Below the pieces are notes generated by a model. That model saw nothing but the letters and a program-made list of their open reading frames with translations, was not told the origin of the DNA and searched no databases. From assembly GCA_026026165.1 (NCBI GenBank), contig JAPEUD010000101.1:1-64000 (forward strand): a DNA stretch of 64,000 nt, written 5' to 3'. Numbering within the stretch: the first letter of the stretch is position 1; the number at the start of each line of letters is the position of its first letter. The position numbers and the translations under genes are program-made. This document shows positions 12,752 to 25,920 of the stretch, one piece after another. The DNA is from Sarea resinae. Lineage: Eukaryota.

Positions 12752-13438
12752 ATGATGGAAGGTGACGAGGTGGATATTGCTGCCTCTATGGGGTTCGCCT
12801 CGTTCGGCTCTCAGATCAACAAGAAGCGCAAATACAATCCGCATGCCGACGATGCCACCGATTCAGCTCCAGCGCGGCAAAACCAGAAGAGACCCCCAGG
12901 GAGTGGTAGCAACATGATGCCTTTGGGTATACCAAAGTCGAGAGAACATAGCGCGCCCGAACAATTACCCCTTGCCTGTCCAAGGCCGACACCAGCTTCT
13001 ACAGCCGAGTCGCAGCTGGAAGATGAAGGCGGAGACCCGAAATACTTGGAAGAGACGCCCTCGCCTGAGTCGAATGCTGGAAATCATGTCAACCTTTCGA
13101 CGCTGCCAGATATCACGGCAACGTCAGCGACAGCGACCGGTGGGGAAATTGCGGCTGCGACTGGTGGAGCTTCTTCGAATGCTTTACCTCAAAGACCCGC
13201 CAGGAACGGCCCCCCACCAGGACAGTTCAGTCCAAGGTCTTTCACTGGAGCAGTTTCGCGTGACCTTTCTGGCGACTTGAATACTACAGCTGGAGAAACG
13301 GCACCAAGGACCTCATTACAAGACCTCAGGCGCGGCGTAAGGGATGCGCATGGGGATATTGCCTATTACGACCCAAGCTTCGTCGAGGATCCATGGAAAG
13401 CTCTGTTTGAGGCCAAGAAGACCGGTGATACTGGATGA
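12752..13438 (+). CDS. Single-exon 228-aa mostly disordered protein with N-terminal MGFASFGS..KKRK and C-terminal YYDPSFVEDPWKAL motifs (MPLKIP/TTDN1-like, tentative)
   Basis: ATG-initiated ORF with protein-like composition, a basic NLS-like KKRK and motif-like ends separated by a P/S/T/A-rich linker. Confidence 0.75.
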   Translation: MMEGDEVDIAASMGFASFGSQINKKRKYNPHADDATDSAPARQNQKRPPGSGSNMMPLGIPKSREHSAPEQLPLACPRPTPASTAESQLEDEGGDPKYLEETPSPESNAGNHVNLSTLPDITATSATATGGEIAAATGGASSNALPQRPARNGPPPGQFSPRSFTGAVSRDLSGDLNTTAGETAPRTSLQDLRRGVRDAHGDIAYYDPSFVEDPWKALFEAKKTGDTG

Positions 13439-14904
13439 AAAATAGACAGAGTTGTGGAGATCTTTGTGTAGGGAATTGGAATGGGAAAACATTTATATTG
13501 GCAGGGCTGAAGATCTCTGCAATAGAGTCATTTAGCCTTCGGCTGCAGCCGACTACATATTGGATTTACCATTGCCCAGGTGAGCTTGTACAGGTTCCCC
13601 AGTCTTTGCTTGTCAAGTGACCGGAGCGGTTGCTGCGAAGATGTCGTTTTGCACTGCATTTCGCCCATCTGTCAAGTGCATATCTACTTCTACCATAGCG
13701 AAGCTAATACTATATTAGGGGTACCTCGACCCTCCCAGCAGCTAAGCTCCTGCAGCCTCTGCGGTACGCAATTCTGCAATGCTATCTACGCTAGTGCTGG
13801 TGTCGTCTTATGCCGAGAGAAGAGAGCCTCTACCAGAATCGCATGAGCAACAGATGACAGGGATGGCCTCGCCCGTATCCTGTTATATCAGATGGACAGG
13901 GCTTCCACGTGTTTGCACTCTCCAGCTTGTACCAATAGGCAATAACAATAGCAGACCGGTCTGGTATGAGAGCAGTCATAGAGCATGAACTCTTCCAGCC
14001 TCGTCTCTAATCTCTCCCTTTGCGGTTTAGCTGCCCGGCTCAAGCTGCTCTTGCTAAGCCAGGCTTTCTTCAAATCAGTCAATCACAGTCACGGGAGCAT
14101 CCAACGGTACCAGAAGGGGAAAACGCTTATTACTGCCAGTGCGAAAAGTCCGTCTACACGTGCAAGGGGTTCCAGAAAAAGAAACGAGCCGCCTGAATGA
14201 AAACAAACGATCCCCACCCCATCCCTTTCGTCCATGATGCCCCCCACACCAGGCTAAGAAATCCCGAACCAGAACCAAGGAAACTCCCTAGCCAGGGAAC
14301 CAGCACCCCCTCCTCCACCGTCACCCTAGCCGGCCCGCCTGTGCGTATGTGTGTGATGTGTGACGAAGCAACCCCGTCCTGCAGCCCACAGCACATACCA
14401 CATGGAGCACTAGCAAAGCCCCTGGCAGCCCCATGCCATCCATGTCCTCCACATTTCGGCATGGCAGGCAGGGAAAAGGCGCAGCTAGCAGCCGCACGCA
14501 ACTCCCTGCCCACCCACCCACCCACCCGTCCAATATCCTAGTCACAGGCCGTAGCGTCGTTCACCAAAACAAGCGCGCGGGAAAAGACAAACGAACAGAG
14601 TAAAGCAGCAAGCAGAACAAGCCACACCAGTGCCGAGCAAAAGCAGCGACGAGAACAAAGACATAGCAACGCAGCGGTAGTATAGCGTAGCGGAGAGCAG
14701 CGGAGCGGAACCGAAGTAGTCCACTGCCCCGCCCGCCCGCCCGCCCGCCCGCCACTCCGCCCACGAGTCCGCTTGCTCGCTATCAGTAGGGCGGAAAAGG
14801 ATTAAATGAAGAAGAAAAAAAGCCAGCCGAGCACGCAATCAACCCAGATTACCCATCTTGTTCTGAAACGATCGATCGATCGGAATTTTGGAGGAAGCGC
14901 CGAC

Positions 14905-15840
14905 TTAATAATCCACCGGCGCGGGATACCGGCCCTGCGCGACGCCGTATTGGCCGGGATATTTCCTCTCCGTCTTGGTCTTGAGCTGTCTATATGTCGG
15001 AGATACACCTCGTCAGCGCGTGAATTCCAATTTCTTTCTCTTCTCACTCAGAAAACAATCCGTCTCCGCCGCACAAGGCCCCGCCCCCCCCAAAAAACAG
15101 TAGAGGCGGGAAAGAGAGAAAACAAAGGGAGGCAGGGAATGGGAACCACAGCAGAAAGCACAAAGCACGACGGAAAACGGAAAACTCACGCGGTCCGCTT
15201 GGCCGTCCACTCGAGATCGCGCTTGACCTCCTTGGCGGCCTTGATGCCGTCGGCGAAATTCGCCCGCGAGCCCGCGAGCCGCCGCTGCGCGAGCGCCTGC
15301 AGCTCGCGCAGCTCGCGCGTCTTGGCGTTCAGCTCGCCCGATCTGTGCGCGCGCGAGCGTTGGTCAGTTTTGGCGCCACGCCAGATAAATGGAAAGCGGG
15401 GAAAAGGAAAGGAAAGGAAGGGGCATCACATACGTCTGCGCCTGCGTGACCAGGCCGCGGTCGAGCGGCAGCGGATCAAACGCGCCCTGCAGCCGCTCGC
15501 CCATGAGGGCCACGAGATCGATGCTGCCGGCGCCGGCGCCGTGGGGGCCCGCGCCACCGCCGAGGCCGAGGCCGCTGGCCGAGCTCGACGACGACCCATC
15601 GTACTCGGTGCCGGAGCTGAAGTCGGAGTTCGTGTACGTCGACGGCGCCACGGACGGCCCGTTGCTGTGCGGTGGCGTCGGCAGCGAGGAGGCTTCGGGC
15701 GGCGAGGTCGCGAGGCGCTGGTGCGCGTGGTGCGCGTTGTAGGGCGGTCCGGACGTGGTGGGTTTGGAGGGGTAGGAGATTGGTAGCGGCGGCGAGGTCG
15801 AGGAGGATGTGTAGAGTGGGTAGGGCGTTTGGCTGGACAT
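14905..15840 (-). CDS. KXD1: BLOC-1/BORC subunit KXD1 (KxDL domain); exons 15840-15434, 15342-15190, 14989-14905
   Basis: Spliced: ...LMGERLQGAFDPLPLDRGLVTQAQT|SGELNAKTRELRELQALAQRRL...AKEVKRDLEWTAKRTA|QLKTKTERKYPGQY...VDY*. KRDL matches the KxDL motif; GT-AG introns 15433-15343 and 15189-14990. Confidence 0.85.
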
Positions 15841-16009
15841 TTTTGTTTTTTTTCGTGTTTGGGGGTTTGTTTGTGCCGAGGGAGGGCTTGGTGGGTGAAT
15901 TGATAGTGAAGGAAGTGGGTTGGTAGGTGGAAAAGAATATATCGACTTCGACGTCGATAATTGATGGATAGATAGATAGGAGAGTATGGACGGATATGAT
16001 AGAATCTGT

Positions 16010-17060
16010 GATACAGTACAGTTACAGTATAACAGTATAACAGTATAACAGTATAACAGTATGATAGATGGATACAGATGAAGCTGTGAAGAAAATATAA
16101 ATCGGAATCAGAAAGAGTCGAGCGGTCCCTCCATCCTCCGCCGTCCTTTTATACCCCCGACGCCCTTCTCTCCTCCACCCCCTCCCACCCCCTTCGCTCC
16201 CATTCCCCGGCCGTGAGTAAGTGAGTGAGTGAGTGAGTGAGTGAGCGGACGGGTGGACGGACCGACGGGCGGTGCAAAGACTGTCCGTCTGTCCGTCTGT
16301 CCGTCTGGCTGGCTGGCTGGCTGGCTGGCTGGTTGTTAGTGTGATATGGTATGTATAATATCCCCGAGGGTAGTGGCGGAGGGCAGGGTAGGAGTCTGAC
16401 CTCCCCCCCACCCCTGAAACATAGATAAAGAGAGAGAGAAAGAGAGAGGAAAAAAGTAAAGATGGAATGGCACAAGTCGGCTCAGCTTCCTGATCAATCG
16501 GATCGAATCAACGCGGGTCAGCATAGCATAGCATAGGCAAGCACCGAGCCAAGCCAAGCCAAGCATATCAAACAAGCAAGCATATCAAACAAGTATTCCA
16601 AATCGAATCGACCGATCAGCTCGACAATGCCCGAGGGCGGTGTCTGTCTGTCTGCCTGTCTGTCTGTCTGTGTCCGAGCGGGTCCCGTCGTGGTCTCGCC
16701 ACTCTGTGGACGGGGTGGATGGTTTTGGGATATTCGAGCATTCCCCCCCTTCCCTCCCCCTCCGCTGCCGACGGTTTGACCGTCTGGATGTGTCTTTCGC
16801 TGTGTGTATGTATGTATGTATGTGTGTGTGCATATGTCCTGTCGTATCGGATCATGTCGATTGACGGAGCAGCAGCAGTAGCAGCGGTGGCAGCAGTGCA
16901 GAGGACCCGGCCCGGTCACAGTCAGGTCAGGTCAGGTCAGCCACAGTGTCAAAGCGGCGGGGGACAGAAGTGACGCGGCTAGTTGATCGGCTGCTGCTTG
17001 GAAACAGAAGCCTAGCAGGATAGGATAGGATAGGTTAGGACAGGACGGCAAGGGAAAGGA
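16010..17060. repeat. Dense compound microsatellite block: (CAGTATAA)n, (GAGT)n, (GGCT)n, (AG)n, (AGCAT)n, (GTCT)n, (TATG)n, (GTCAG)n, (GGATA)n and a 17-mer duplication AAGCATATCAAACAAGC
   Basis: Directly visible short arrays of many different units. Confidence 0.9.
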
Positions 17061-20000
17061 CAGGAGAAGAGAAAAGAAAAGAAGACAATGCAATGCAAAA
17101 GCAAGCACAAAGAACGACGTGCATGCTCGTGCATAGTCCCGACCCCCCCACCAGCACATCACTGGACCTCAGTCTAATGCATGCGGACTGGAGACCAGAC
17201 GTCAATCTGGGTTGGGATCTGTTGTGCTTTCCCCCTATGAAAACGACCGTGGGTAGAACGCTCGGATGGAGGAGAGGGACGGAAGAGCTCGGATAGAAAA
17301 GGGAGGGATCGGAGGAGGAAGATAGGATAGCACAATATAGGGGGCTCAGTTGGTAAGCTGGTTGGTGAATATGGGAGAGCTAGGTCATAGAGAGAACGTT
17401 AATTCAATTGATTGATATTGGGGATCATGGTAGAAACGGAGACGAGGATCAAGCAGACCCGCTACCTAAGCCAGCGGAGACTGGACCAGTGAGGTAGGTA
17501 GATAGCTAGGCTGTATAAGGGGCTGGGCATTGGCTGCTGTTGTTTCCATGATGTCGGGTGAATAGACAGGCAGCATTGTCTCGTTGTTTCTGCTCGCTGC
17601 TCTTTCCGTTTCTTTCACTGTTTTGCTTCCTTCCGCCTTTCCGATAGCCATCCCTGTGGGCGGAGGCTAATCATTGATTGATTGTTTGATGACACGACAT
17701 CAGTCGAGATAGAGCTGGATGCCTAATTAACCCCATTGTCACATCCCCCCCTAGCCCTGCTCTCGCCCAACTGACGCCATAACGTAGAGACATGCATCAG
17801 CGGGAGAAGATGGACAACGAGGGGAGGAAAGGAGAGACATGGCCACGAGAACCAGCGGTGGCGGCGGCGGCAGCGGGGGCATAGAGAGGAGGGATGGATC
17901 CGCAGGGGTGGAAAAGCGGCGAGAGAGACACGGACGCTGGCAGAGACGAGACAAGGCCAGCAGCCACTGGCGCCGACGAGCGAGTCCACAGGCGGCAAAA
18001 CCAGTGGCATGTTTAGTGGTCGAAAGCGTAATAGGGTTCCGATCCGCATCGGGGCCTGATAGAGAGAGAGAGGAGCCAGATCAGCGGTGCGAATGTCAAT
18101 ACGGAAAAGGATGGATGAAGCAGGTGGCTCGCTAGCGTCTGGGTCAAGTTGTTGGTCTAGTCTCTTCGTGAGTGAGAGATCGAACGAGCCAGCAAGCATG
18201 CGGCTAACTAGCTCGTGGACGCAGGCAGTGATACAGCATTGATTGATGACCCGTTGGTGACGGGAGAGTTTAGGTTGACAGATGGTCGGGTATGGCAAGG
18301 GCAGGCGAGGTTAGATGAGATGAGATGGGATGAAGTGAAGTGAAGTGAAGTGAGTCGAGGTCAGTCAGGCCGGACCAGGCAGACGCCGAGACGAGACGTA
18401 GTTTGTCGGGTTAGCTCAGCAGAAAACGGCGAACAGAGCATGGCATGGCAGAACATGGCGTCGCATGGGCGTAACCACCAATCAATCAATCATTCAAGCA
18501 AGCACAATTTTCGAGGCGTTGCAATGGGCGGGAAGATCCAGAAAAGCGGATACCATGCGGGATAGCCGTGCGCCGTGCAACTTGGCTCCAATTGCGGGAT
18601 GCCAAAGTGCCGTGGCATCTGCTTGGCGGACGCAAGGTAAATCGTCGGGAACGGATGAGAGAGGTTCAGATCAGGCCTGGTTTAGTGGAGGGAGGGGTGA
18701 AAAGAAGGGGAAGGGGGGGGGACCCGAGATGGAAAACGTCGAGTATGCAACCATGGAAGGTACGTAAGATACAAATGGAGGGGCAATGGAGGGGCAATTC
18801 GAGAAAAAAAATAGTAGAGGGTGGAAAATATGTGTGGAGAAAGCGGAAAAGCGTTAGATGAGTTGGTCAAACGGTCAAGAGTAACTTGGGTAGTTTAGTG
18901 CTCTGCCAACACATCAGTTGGAGGGGTTATCGTAGAGTCGTGGACGCTAAACCATCGAATCGGCCGGATTCGTTTCGCTCGCGCCGCATGAGCCTTGCGT
19001 TGACGTGCGTCTACGTGACGGCTGCGTGGCCGATGCGTGCTGACGGGCATGGAGGGATCAATGGATTAATTGATTGAACGATTGAGCCAATTGATTTGCT
19101 GATTGTTGACGACGCATCATCGACCGAGTAAAGAAAGATGACGACGATGGCAAGTGACAACAACAGAAACATGGTCAACGTCTTCATAATATGATCGATC
19201 TGAGATTCGAGAAAGGCAGGCGGCAGGCAATCGCCCGGTAGAACGAGAACAGAAGGAGAGAGCGTGCGATAATGGCAGAACGATATGGGGCCTGCTTACT
19301 GGATGGATGATCATCTAGTACTCACTGGACGTGGATGGCTTTGGTTGTCCTTGGGATCAGGATGATTTGCTCTCTCTCTCGCAGCGCCTGGTGGGGCCCG
19401 AAGCCAACCATCCATGATCCATGTGCTGGCGACGAGGTCGTCATAGGCGGAGAGAGGTGCTGGTGGTGACAGAGGGAAGATCGTGGGCGAGAAATGTGGA
19501 TAGTTCGTACGAAGTACAGGCACTTCAACTTTGATCCGTGCGCACTTAGTGTGACCAGAGTCCAATATAAGGTATGTAAGGGGGTCTATCGACACTCCCA
19601 ATTTGATCAATCTGGTCCTCGGGCTCTCGAGGCCTCATGCTTGCCACGACTAGAGCTCTACCCGTCTGGACCCCTCCCGCATTGCATCGTCATACACATG
19701 ATTGCCACTCTCTGCACACATCAGCGCCGTTTTATTTGCAGAGCACGAGTGCCGACCACACCCCCTCCCCCCTTCCCGCCCCCCCAAAATATCTTCCGAC
19801 AAATCGCCGACTACGTAGAAGGTTTGGGCCCAAGCTTGTCCTCCGGCACATCAACCGCTCCCGTGATCTCTCGTACAAGATATTCCTATCACTGGATGAG
19901 GTCAATGGAAGCTGAACGCTTGGAGATGAATTGCCTCGAAAGAGTCTCAGTGAATTGAGGATCTGGATATGCTCAGGGACAAGGCAGGCTCGACATCTCG

Positions 20001-20543
20001 GATTTACATCCATGTATGCATCATTAGGTTATCAAATAAGATATTACGATTCTAGTCCCTATGTGTGGCACATGTTACCATCAAACCTTCCGCCCACACT
20101 GCCAAGTGCCTTTCAAGACAACAGGGGCTCTGTCGGCAGCTCGCCTGCTACCTACAATCCGCAAAAAATCGGCATTGCCCGTCGCCTGCCTTGTCCCTTG
20201 TGGAGAAAATAAGAAGAACACCTCGCCCCATCCTGCCGGAAGAAAGAAAAATGAAGTAATGAAGGAGCATAGCAAACGATGAAGCTGCGCCGAGCTATAT
20301 GGGACCGAGAATAAAATCACCGAAATTCGTCATAGCGTCCATCCGCTTGTACCAACGGCAGTTGGGTATCGAGACAACTCCTGCGCTGAGATAATGGTAA
20401 AAGGACCAATGAGAGGTAAGGGAAGAAGACGCGGCGCTTGCGTTGCGGGTATACATGGGTGGAAGAATCGAGAAAGTTTCGTGGAGGGTTCGGAAAGAGA
20501 TTGACTGTAATAATCGTTGGCGAAGAAGGCTAGAAACGGAGGG

Positions 20544-23500
20544 CTATTCCAGCTCCTGGCCCAAGACTCTAATCTCATCATCTGAGAGAGCAGACATCCA
20601 AAGACAGCGATCGATGACCCCTTCGACGGGACGGAAAGAATATTTGTTGGTCGACTCGAGGAGTCGCAGCAAGTTTTTAATGATAGAGGCAGCTGCACGA
20701 TGACGTTCAAAGTTGATCAAAGCTTCGTCGACGCGAGGTCCCGGGAAATCTGCAGGCTTCTGAGCGTTGAAAAGAAGGTCGTGGATATATAGGCCTGCAA
20801 CATTTAGTCTTGAAGATCAGAGAATACGGAAGATCGGGGAGCTCACCAATGAAAGGAACACAGCCTTCCTCTCCTGTGATGGTCTCCATCTCAGTCCTGA
20901 GATTGTGGAAGTTGCGCGTAGGCTGTACCAGCGATTCTAGTTCCTTAAATGTCCGGAGATCGGCGGCAGGAACAAGCTCCCACGTTTTCGAAAGCTTCGC
21001 ACAATCCGCTGACAATAGCGCCATAGTGATCTGGTACATCGTGGCGTAGTTGTGGTACTTCCTAGCATACGCTGCAATATGGATGTACTTGACTATCGTC
21101 CGCGCTCTTTCTTTGATATCGCGTGTTAGGAGACACTCGGACACGGCCCATTTGACCATAAGGTTGAAACGCCCAACCACCATTTCGACACCCTGAGGTG
21201 CCCCTGTCCTGAGAAACTCGACCCAATCTCTGACGGGCGGCGTATCCTGCTTCCATCGCAATTCTGCGAGCTCTTTCCAATCGATCTCATTCAAAGCATC
21301 TTTTTCGATAAGCGTAAGCTGTTCGGCCAGCACTTGAGAGTCAAAAGCGAGTATGAATGGGAGATGAGAGGCTGACTCCTTCAGCACAGATGTGTCTCGA
21401 CCTGTCTTCGCGAGTCCTAGAGTTGATTCTTTGGACACTTTCTGACTGTAACTGACACCTCGTGATCCTCTGTTCGTGGGAGTCAGTTGTGGGGTTGGAA
21501 GTTGATGTTGGTACCCCATCTGATTTGGCTCTGGTGATTTCGGCAAGGTCGGATCGAGAGTCAAAGGTGGGGATGGCGGATGGCGTAAGGGGTGTGATAC
21601 TAAACCCAGCTCTGAGACAATCAACCCAGATCCTGCGTGAGCTAACGTTTTCCCATGCTCGTCCGCAGAGTTGCTGACTACCTCAATCGAAAGCTCCGAC
21701 GAAAGATCACTCGCACTTCCGCAGTCCTCGCTAAGCGGAGGTTCTTCACCGGCAGTCTCGTCCGGAAGAGTAGAGCCTCGAGGAATACGCTGCATGCTCT
21801 CTGTCTCCTCTATGTATTCAAACGAAGGATGCGAAGAAGTAGGATTGCTCACAACGAGACTCTGCCAGTTGCTGACTGGAGGCTCGGGCGCTGAAGGTAA
21901 AGACCATTTTCCACTAGTCTGCTGTATGCTCAGAGAACCATCGCTCAGTCCGCGATCGAGAAGGGGTATAGAGCAATAAGAATCTCCTGATCCAGATGAA
22001 CGAGGGGAATAGCGAACATTGCCCAGCGATTTTCGATATTCTGAATCTCTTACTGAAGCGTCGGAGGGATCAATTTCTCGTACGTGCACCGTCTGTCCTT
22101 CGGGGGCTATTGATGATTGTATGAGCTGGCTTGATGCAATCCTCTGGTTCCGACGTTGCCGTTTGCTAGCAGTGTCATAGTCGGAAGTGCGACTGTCGCT
22201 GGGAGGAGCAGAGTCAGACACATATGACAGGTGGTTCCTTTCTTGGCCAAAGGTCTGTTCGAGAGACCGTCTTGACGCCCTGCTCTTATATTTACCCTCT
22301 AACTTCAGCAAAGCACACTCAATTCCGCCATCCTCGTCATCGTCATCAGGTAGCTGAGCAAGTTTGGCAACCTGTGCTTCGAATGATGGCCTCATATTTG
22401 GCTGCGACGAGTGTGTTTCCACCAATGTTAGTGGACGCTTCAAGCTGGTCTCGGCGAGTGCACCGAGAGAACAGTTCTTGAGTGTGGGCGACAATGAGTC
22501 GCTATAGCGCGTTTCACGAGGAGAAAGGGGCGAAGATGGAATCATGGAACCTTGAAGAGAATGAGAGTATGTCAGAGAACCTGTCGATCGGCTACGCGTC
22601 AATGAGTGGAGATCTTGGACATGTTGTGCAGCGCGGAGATCGCCTCCAGGTCGCCTCCTCAACGTTGGAGCAGCAGGCTTCTCGGCTGAGTCGTTTGAGG
22701 AGTCTTCGAGACTATAGGATGCAGTCGTTGCGTCAAAACTCGGCGCAGCGCCATGCTTGGGCATACCACTCTGGAAAGACGCATAGCGACCTATAGACAT
22801 GGATGCAGATCTGACCGAGTTGAATGATTTGCCGCGGCCGAAGAAAGGTGGCTTTGTCCGGCTTGAAGACGAGCGCTCAGAGTATCTTTGAGACATGGAC
22901 GTGCTGTGCGCGCGATGCAATCGGGAAGCAATAGAAGGGCTGGGCTCAAAAAAATAGCGGCCGCTTATGCTACCGGGAAGATCTTGTTCGGTATTGTTAG
23001 GCGATGATTTTAAAGATGTCTGGTCGGTCTCTTGCGGTGGTGTTATAGGCCTAGCCGGCGTCGGTGAATCGGTTCTCACCTCAAGCAATGGCTCATTAGG
23101 CAAGGTGCCGGACCTGATGGCGTAATCTGGCCCTGTATCATCGACGATAACAATTGATTCGCTAGTCATGGACACTCCACTCGGGGCTTGGGAAATATGA
23201 GATGGTTGGAGATATATGGGTTGATTGTCAAGTGGCAGAGGTGAAGGGTCAAGCTGACTCTGTGACGAGTGTTCTGAGGCTGCCGAGGGCCTTCTTTCGG
23301 CCTCGGCGTTTTCTCTCATGACCTCCTTGAACGTTTCTGCGGTCCTAGCTCCAAGCACATCAATCCGCGAAGTAGATGCCGTTCTAGTCTTCTTCGTTGC
23401 CTTTTCGGGAGAATACATGGGAACACCTAAGCGCTTATGTGCAGAAGCACCTGGATCAGTGCCATCCGTAGCGTTTGAGACTTGGCTTCCGCTCTGCTTG

Positions 23501-25920
23501 GTGCTGAGGGCTCGTCGAACGCTGCCGAGAAGCCTTTTAACCCCAGGGCTGGTACCTGGGATGGGTCTGATAGATCCGGCGAGCACTCGCGCAACGTCCA
23601 TCGTATTCAGGTCAAAATTTGGCGCTTGCTCAAGAGGACTACTAGGAGCAATGCCTGCCACGTGAGGCTGGCCCGGAGGAAGGATGTTACCTCTGACAAG
23701 GCTTCCTCCGAAAGGTAGTGGCGTAAGAGAGTGGGTACTATGAAAGATGGCCTTTTGTAGCGAGATAGGGGCGCGGCTATCTCTCAGCGCATCGGAAAAG
23801 CTACCACTCTTCTTATGAATTTGCACAGGTCTGACAGGCTTTCCGACTGCGGGAGGGATAGAAGCTGCTGTAGCAGTATTCCTGACCATCGCAATATCAG
23901 TGACTGGCACAGGACGAGGCGCAAACCTGGACGCCGCATGTTTGTATCCTTTGGCAGGGATAGAGCAAGACATGACTTGCAAGCTGCGATCGCTTTTTGG
24001 CGAGATTGGCTGCTCCGCGGTTTCCGGAGACATCCTGACGGATGGTACCGACCCAGAGCGTTGGTGACTTGCATTCAATTGTTCGTCACTTCGCTGACTG
24101 TTTTCAGTGGCAAAAATGCGTGAGGGTGCATTCGAGCCTGACTGTAAAACCGTGTCTACCGTAGGCGGTACAGCATTTAGATCGTGATGCGCCAGATGAG
24201 CAAAGGAAGGTGTTCTCAACTCGCGGCTTCCGACAGCTCCGCCAGGTAGAATGTCATCGATTGGATCCCCATCACTGCAGATATTTGGTTCGTCCCAATA
24301 CAAGCAGCTTGTCCGTCGCCAGCATTTTTTCAACTCTCCCAAAATCTTCAGGTCGCCTCCACCACCATCAGCCCTTTGCTGGAGTCGTTGACAGAGTAGG
24401 TTTACCTGATCGCAGAAAAGCTTTCGCAGATTGAAATCAGGGACAAAATCATCGACAAAGTAATTGAGGATCCAGTGTCGTAGAGCAACGAAGGTACGGA
24501 CCCGGATGACGCGGCCACAACTCTCGGCACGGTCAACTGCCCACTGTAGCCGGGCGAGCAAGTAGTCAACCAGCTCATACGTGGAAAGAAAGGATCGAAA
24601 GGTCAGGAAGAAGTCTGATAGCAGGTCATAATCAAGAAATTTGCAAGAAGTGATCTGTACGATGAGCCGAGGAATGGTTGCCGCAACGATCTCGCCGTTC
24701 ACTGGCGAATAGCGCACAACGGATGAGTCGTCCAACTTGCCACTTAAGGCATCATAGACCCCTGGTCCTATCAATTGTCCACAATACGAATTCGGAGTTA
24801 TCCTTGAAAACGAGGAACTGCGTTGGGTTGAATCGTGGAGAAAGAGGGTGTGGTCATAGTGAGACGTCTGTGCCATGCCAGGAGGTATTGGAAACAATCT
24901 ATTGTAGTCGCCTTTGGAAAAAATGGAAGAGTTCATATCTTCTGTTGTCGACTCCCGAGTGTACGCTGAGCTACGAAGGATAGCAGTACCGCGCACGCTG
25001 AATCGCGGGGTGCCAAGTCGATAATGCGGTATCGGAACTTCCAACGTGGGTATCGAATTGGGACCATCAGCCGTTTGAGGGCGTTCGGGTTCACCGTCCG
25101 CTCGGTGAATCACAATCCGGAGTCCTTCTGGATTGCGACTGTGATGATGAGTATTCTCATTGATCGTGGAAAAGGAGTGCGAGCGCTGATGCGTATAAGT
25201 TGGTCTCTGAAAGTACTGAGGTTGAGGTGGGACCTGGCTTGAGGAATCACTTGCTCGACGCGTCATGATCCCCGGCGTACGCGATGCCTGTGACCAGGGA
25301 CTATCTGTGAAGAGCTCGCTGGATCTTGAAGATTGTTTTGCCACGGCAGAGGGTTTACGAAAGAATGGAAAGACGAACGAGGGCTGCTCTAGACGTTGCT
25401 GAACGGGGCGTATGACCGGCCTGCAATGAATCGATAATCAGTATGATGTTCTGGCCGTATCAATTCACCACTGCCACGAGCTCTTGAATCGAAGGACAAG
25501 AGCTCCGAGAATTGAAGCGCACCTGAGATATATCATGCCATTATTCCCAACATTGCCCACCGTGAACTGCCTCCCCGTCCTCCCCGCCGAAGTCCCGTCC
25601 GACGCGATATTCCCACTACTCGCCGCACGCGAACGTTTCCGGAGCTCTTCCGTGCTGTTTTTCGCGTTTCGAATCGAATTCTGCCGTCCTCTTCTCTGCA
25701 CGCTTCGTTTGCGCGAAACCGGCGCAAGTCTAACGCCTCCTTTCGCACCCTCTTCGATCGACCCTGCTTTCTTGGTGTCCGTATTCGTCTCCGTCTCCTT
25801 CGGCTCCTTCTCCTTCCTCGCCTCCTCCAGCGCAGCACCGTTGTCTCCTCCAGCATCTTGCGGTATTGGCTTTGGGCCCGAAGAGGGCTCCTCCGGTGCT
25901 ACGGCCTCCATGATGCTCAT
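20544..25920 (-). CDS. LTE1: Lte1-like Ras guanine nucleotide exchange factor (RasGEF_N + CDC25 domain); exons 25920-25523, 25420-20847, 20794-20544
   Basis: REM domain DFFLTFRSFLS...RVRTFVALRHWILNYFVDDF; CDC25 domain LAEQLTLIEKDALNEIDWKEL...GCVPFIG|LYIHDLLFNAQKP...LINFERHRAAASIIK; long S/P-rich linker between them. Confidence 0.87.

Noticed and set aside
13500..14550. Short ORFs between the 228-aa gene and KXD1
   Set aside because: No recognisable domain or convincing splice model.
14806..15786. 326-aa plus-strand ORF
   Set aside because: Antisense shadow of the GC-rich KXD1 gene.
17400..20330. ORFs of 60-190 aa in the KXD1-LTE1 interval
   Set aside because: Low complexity and no motifs; a small gene or lncRNA cannot be excluded without RNA data.
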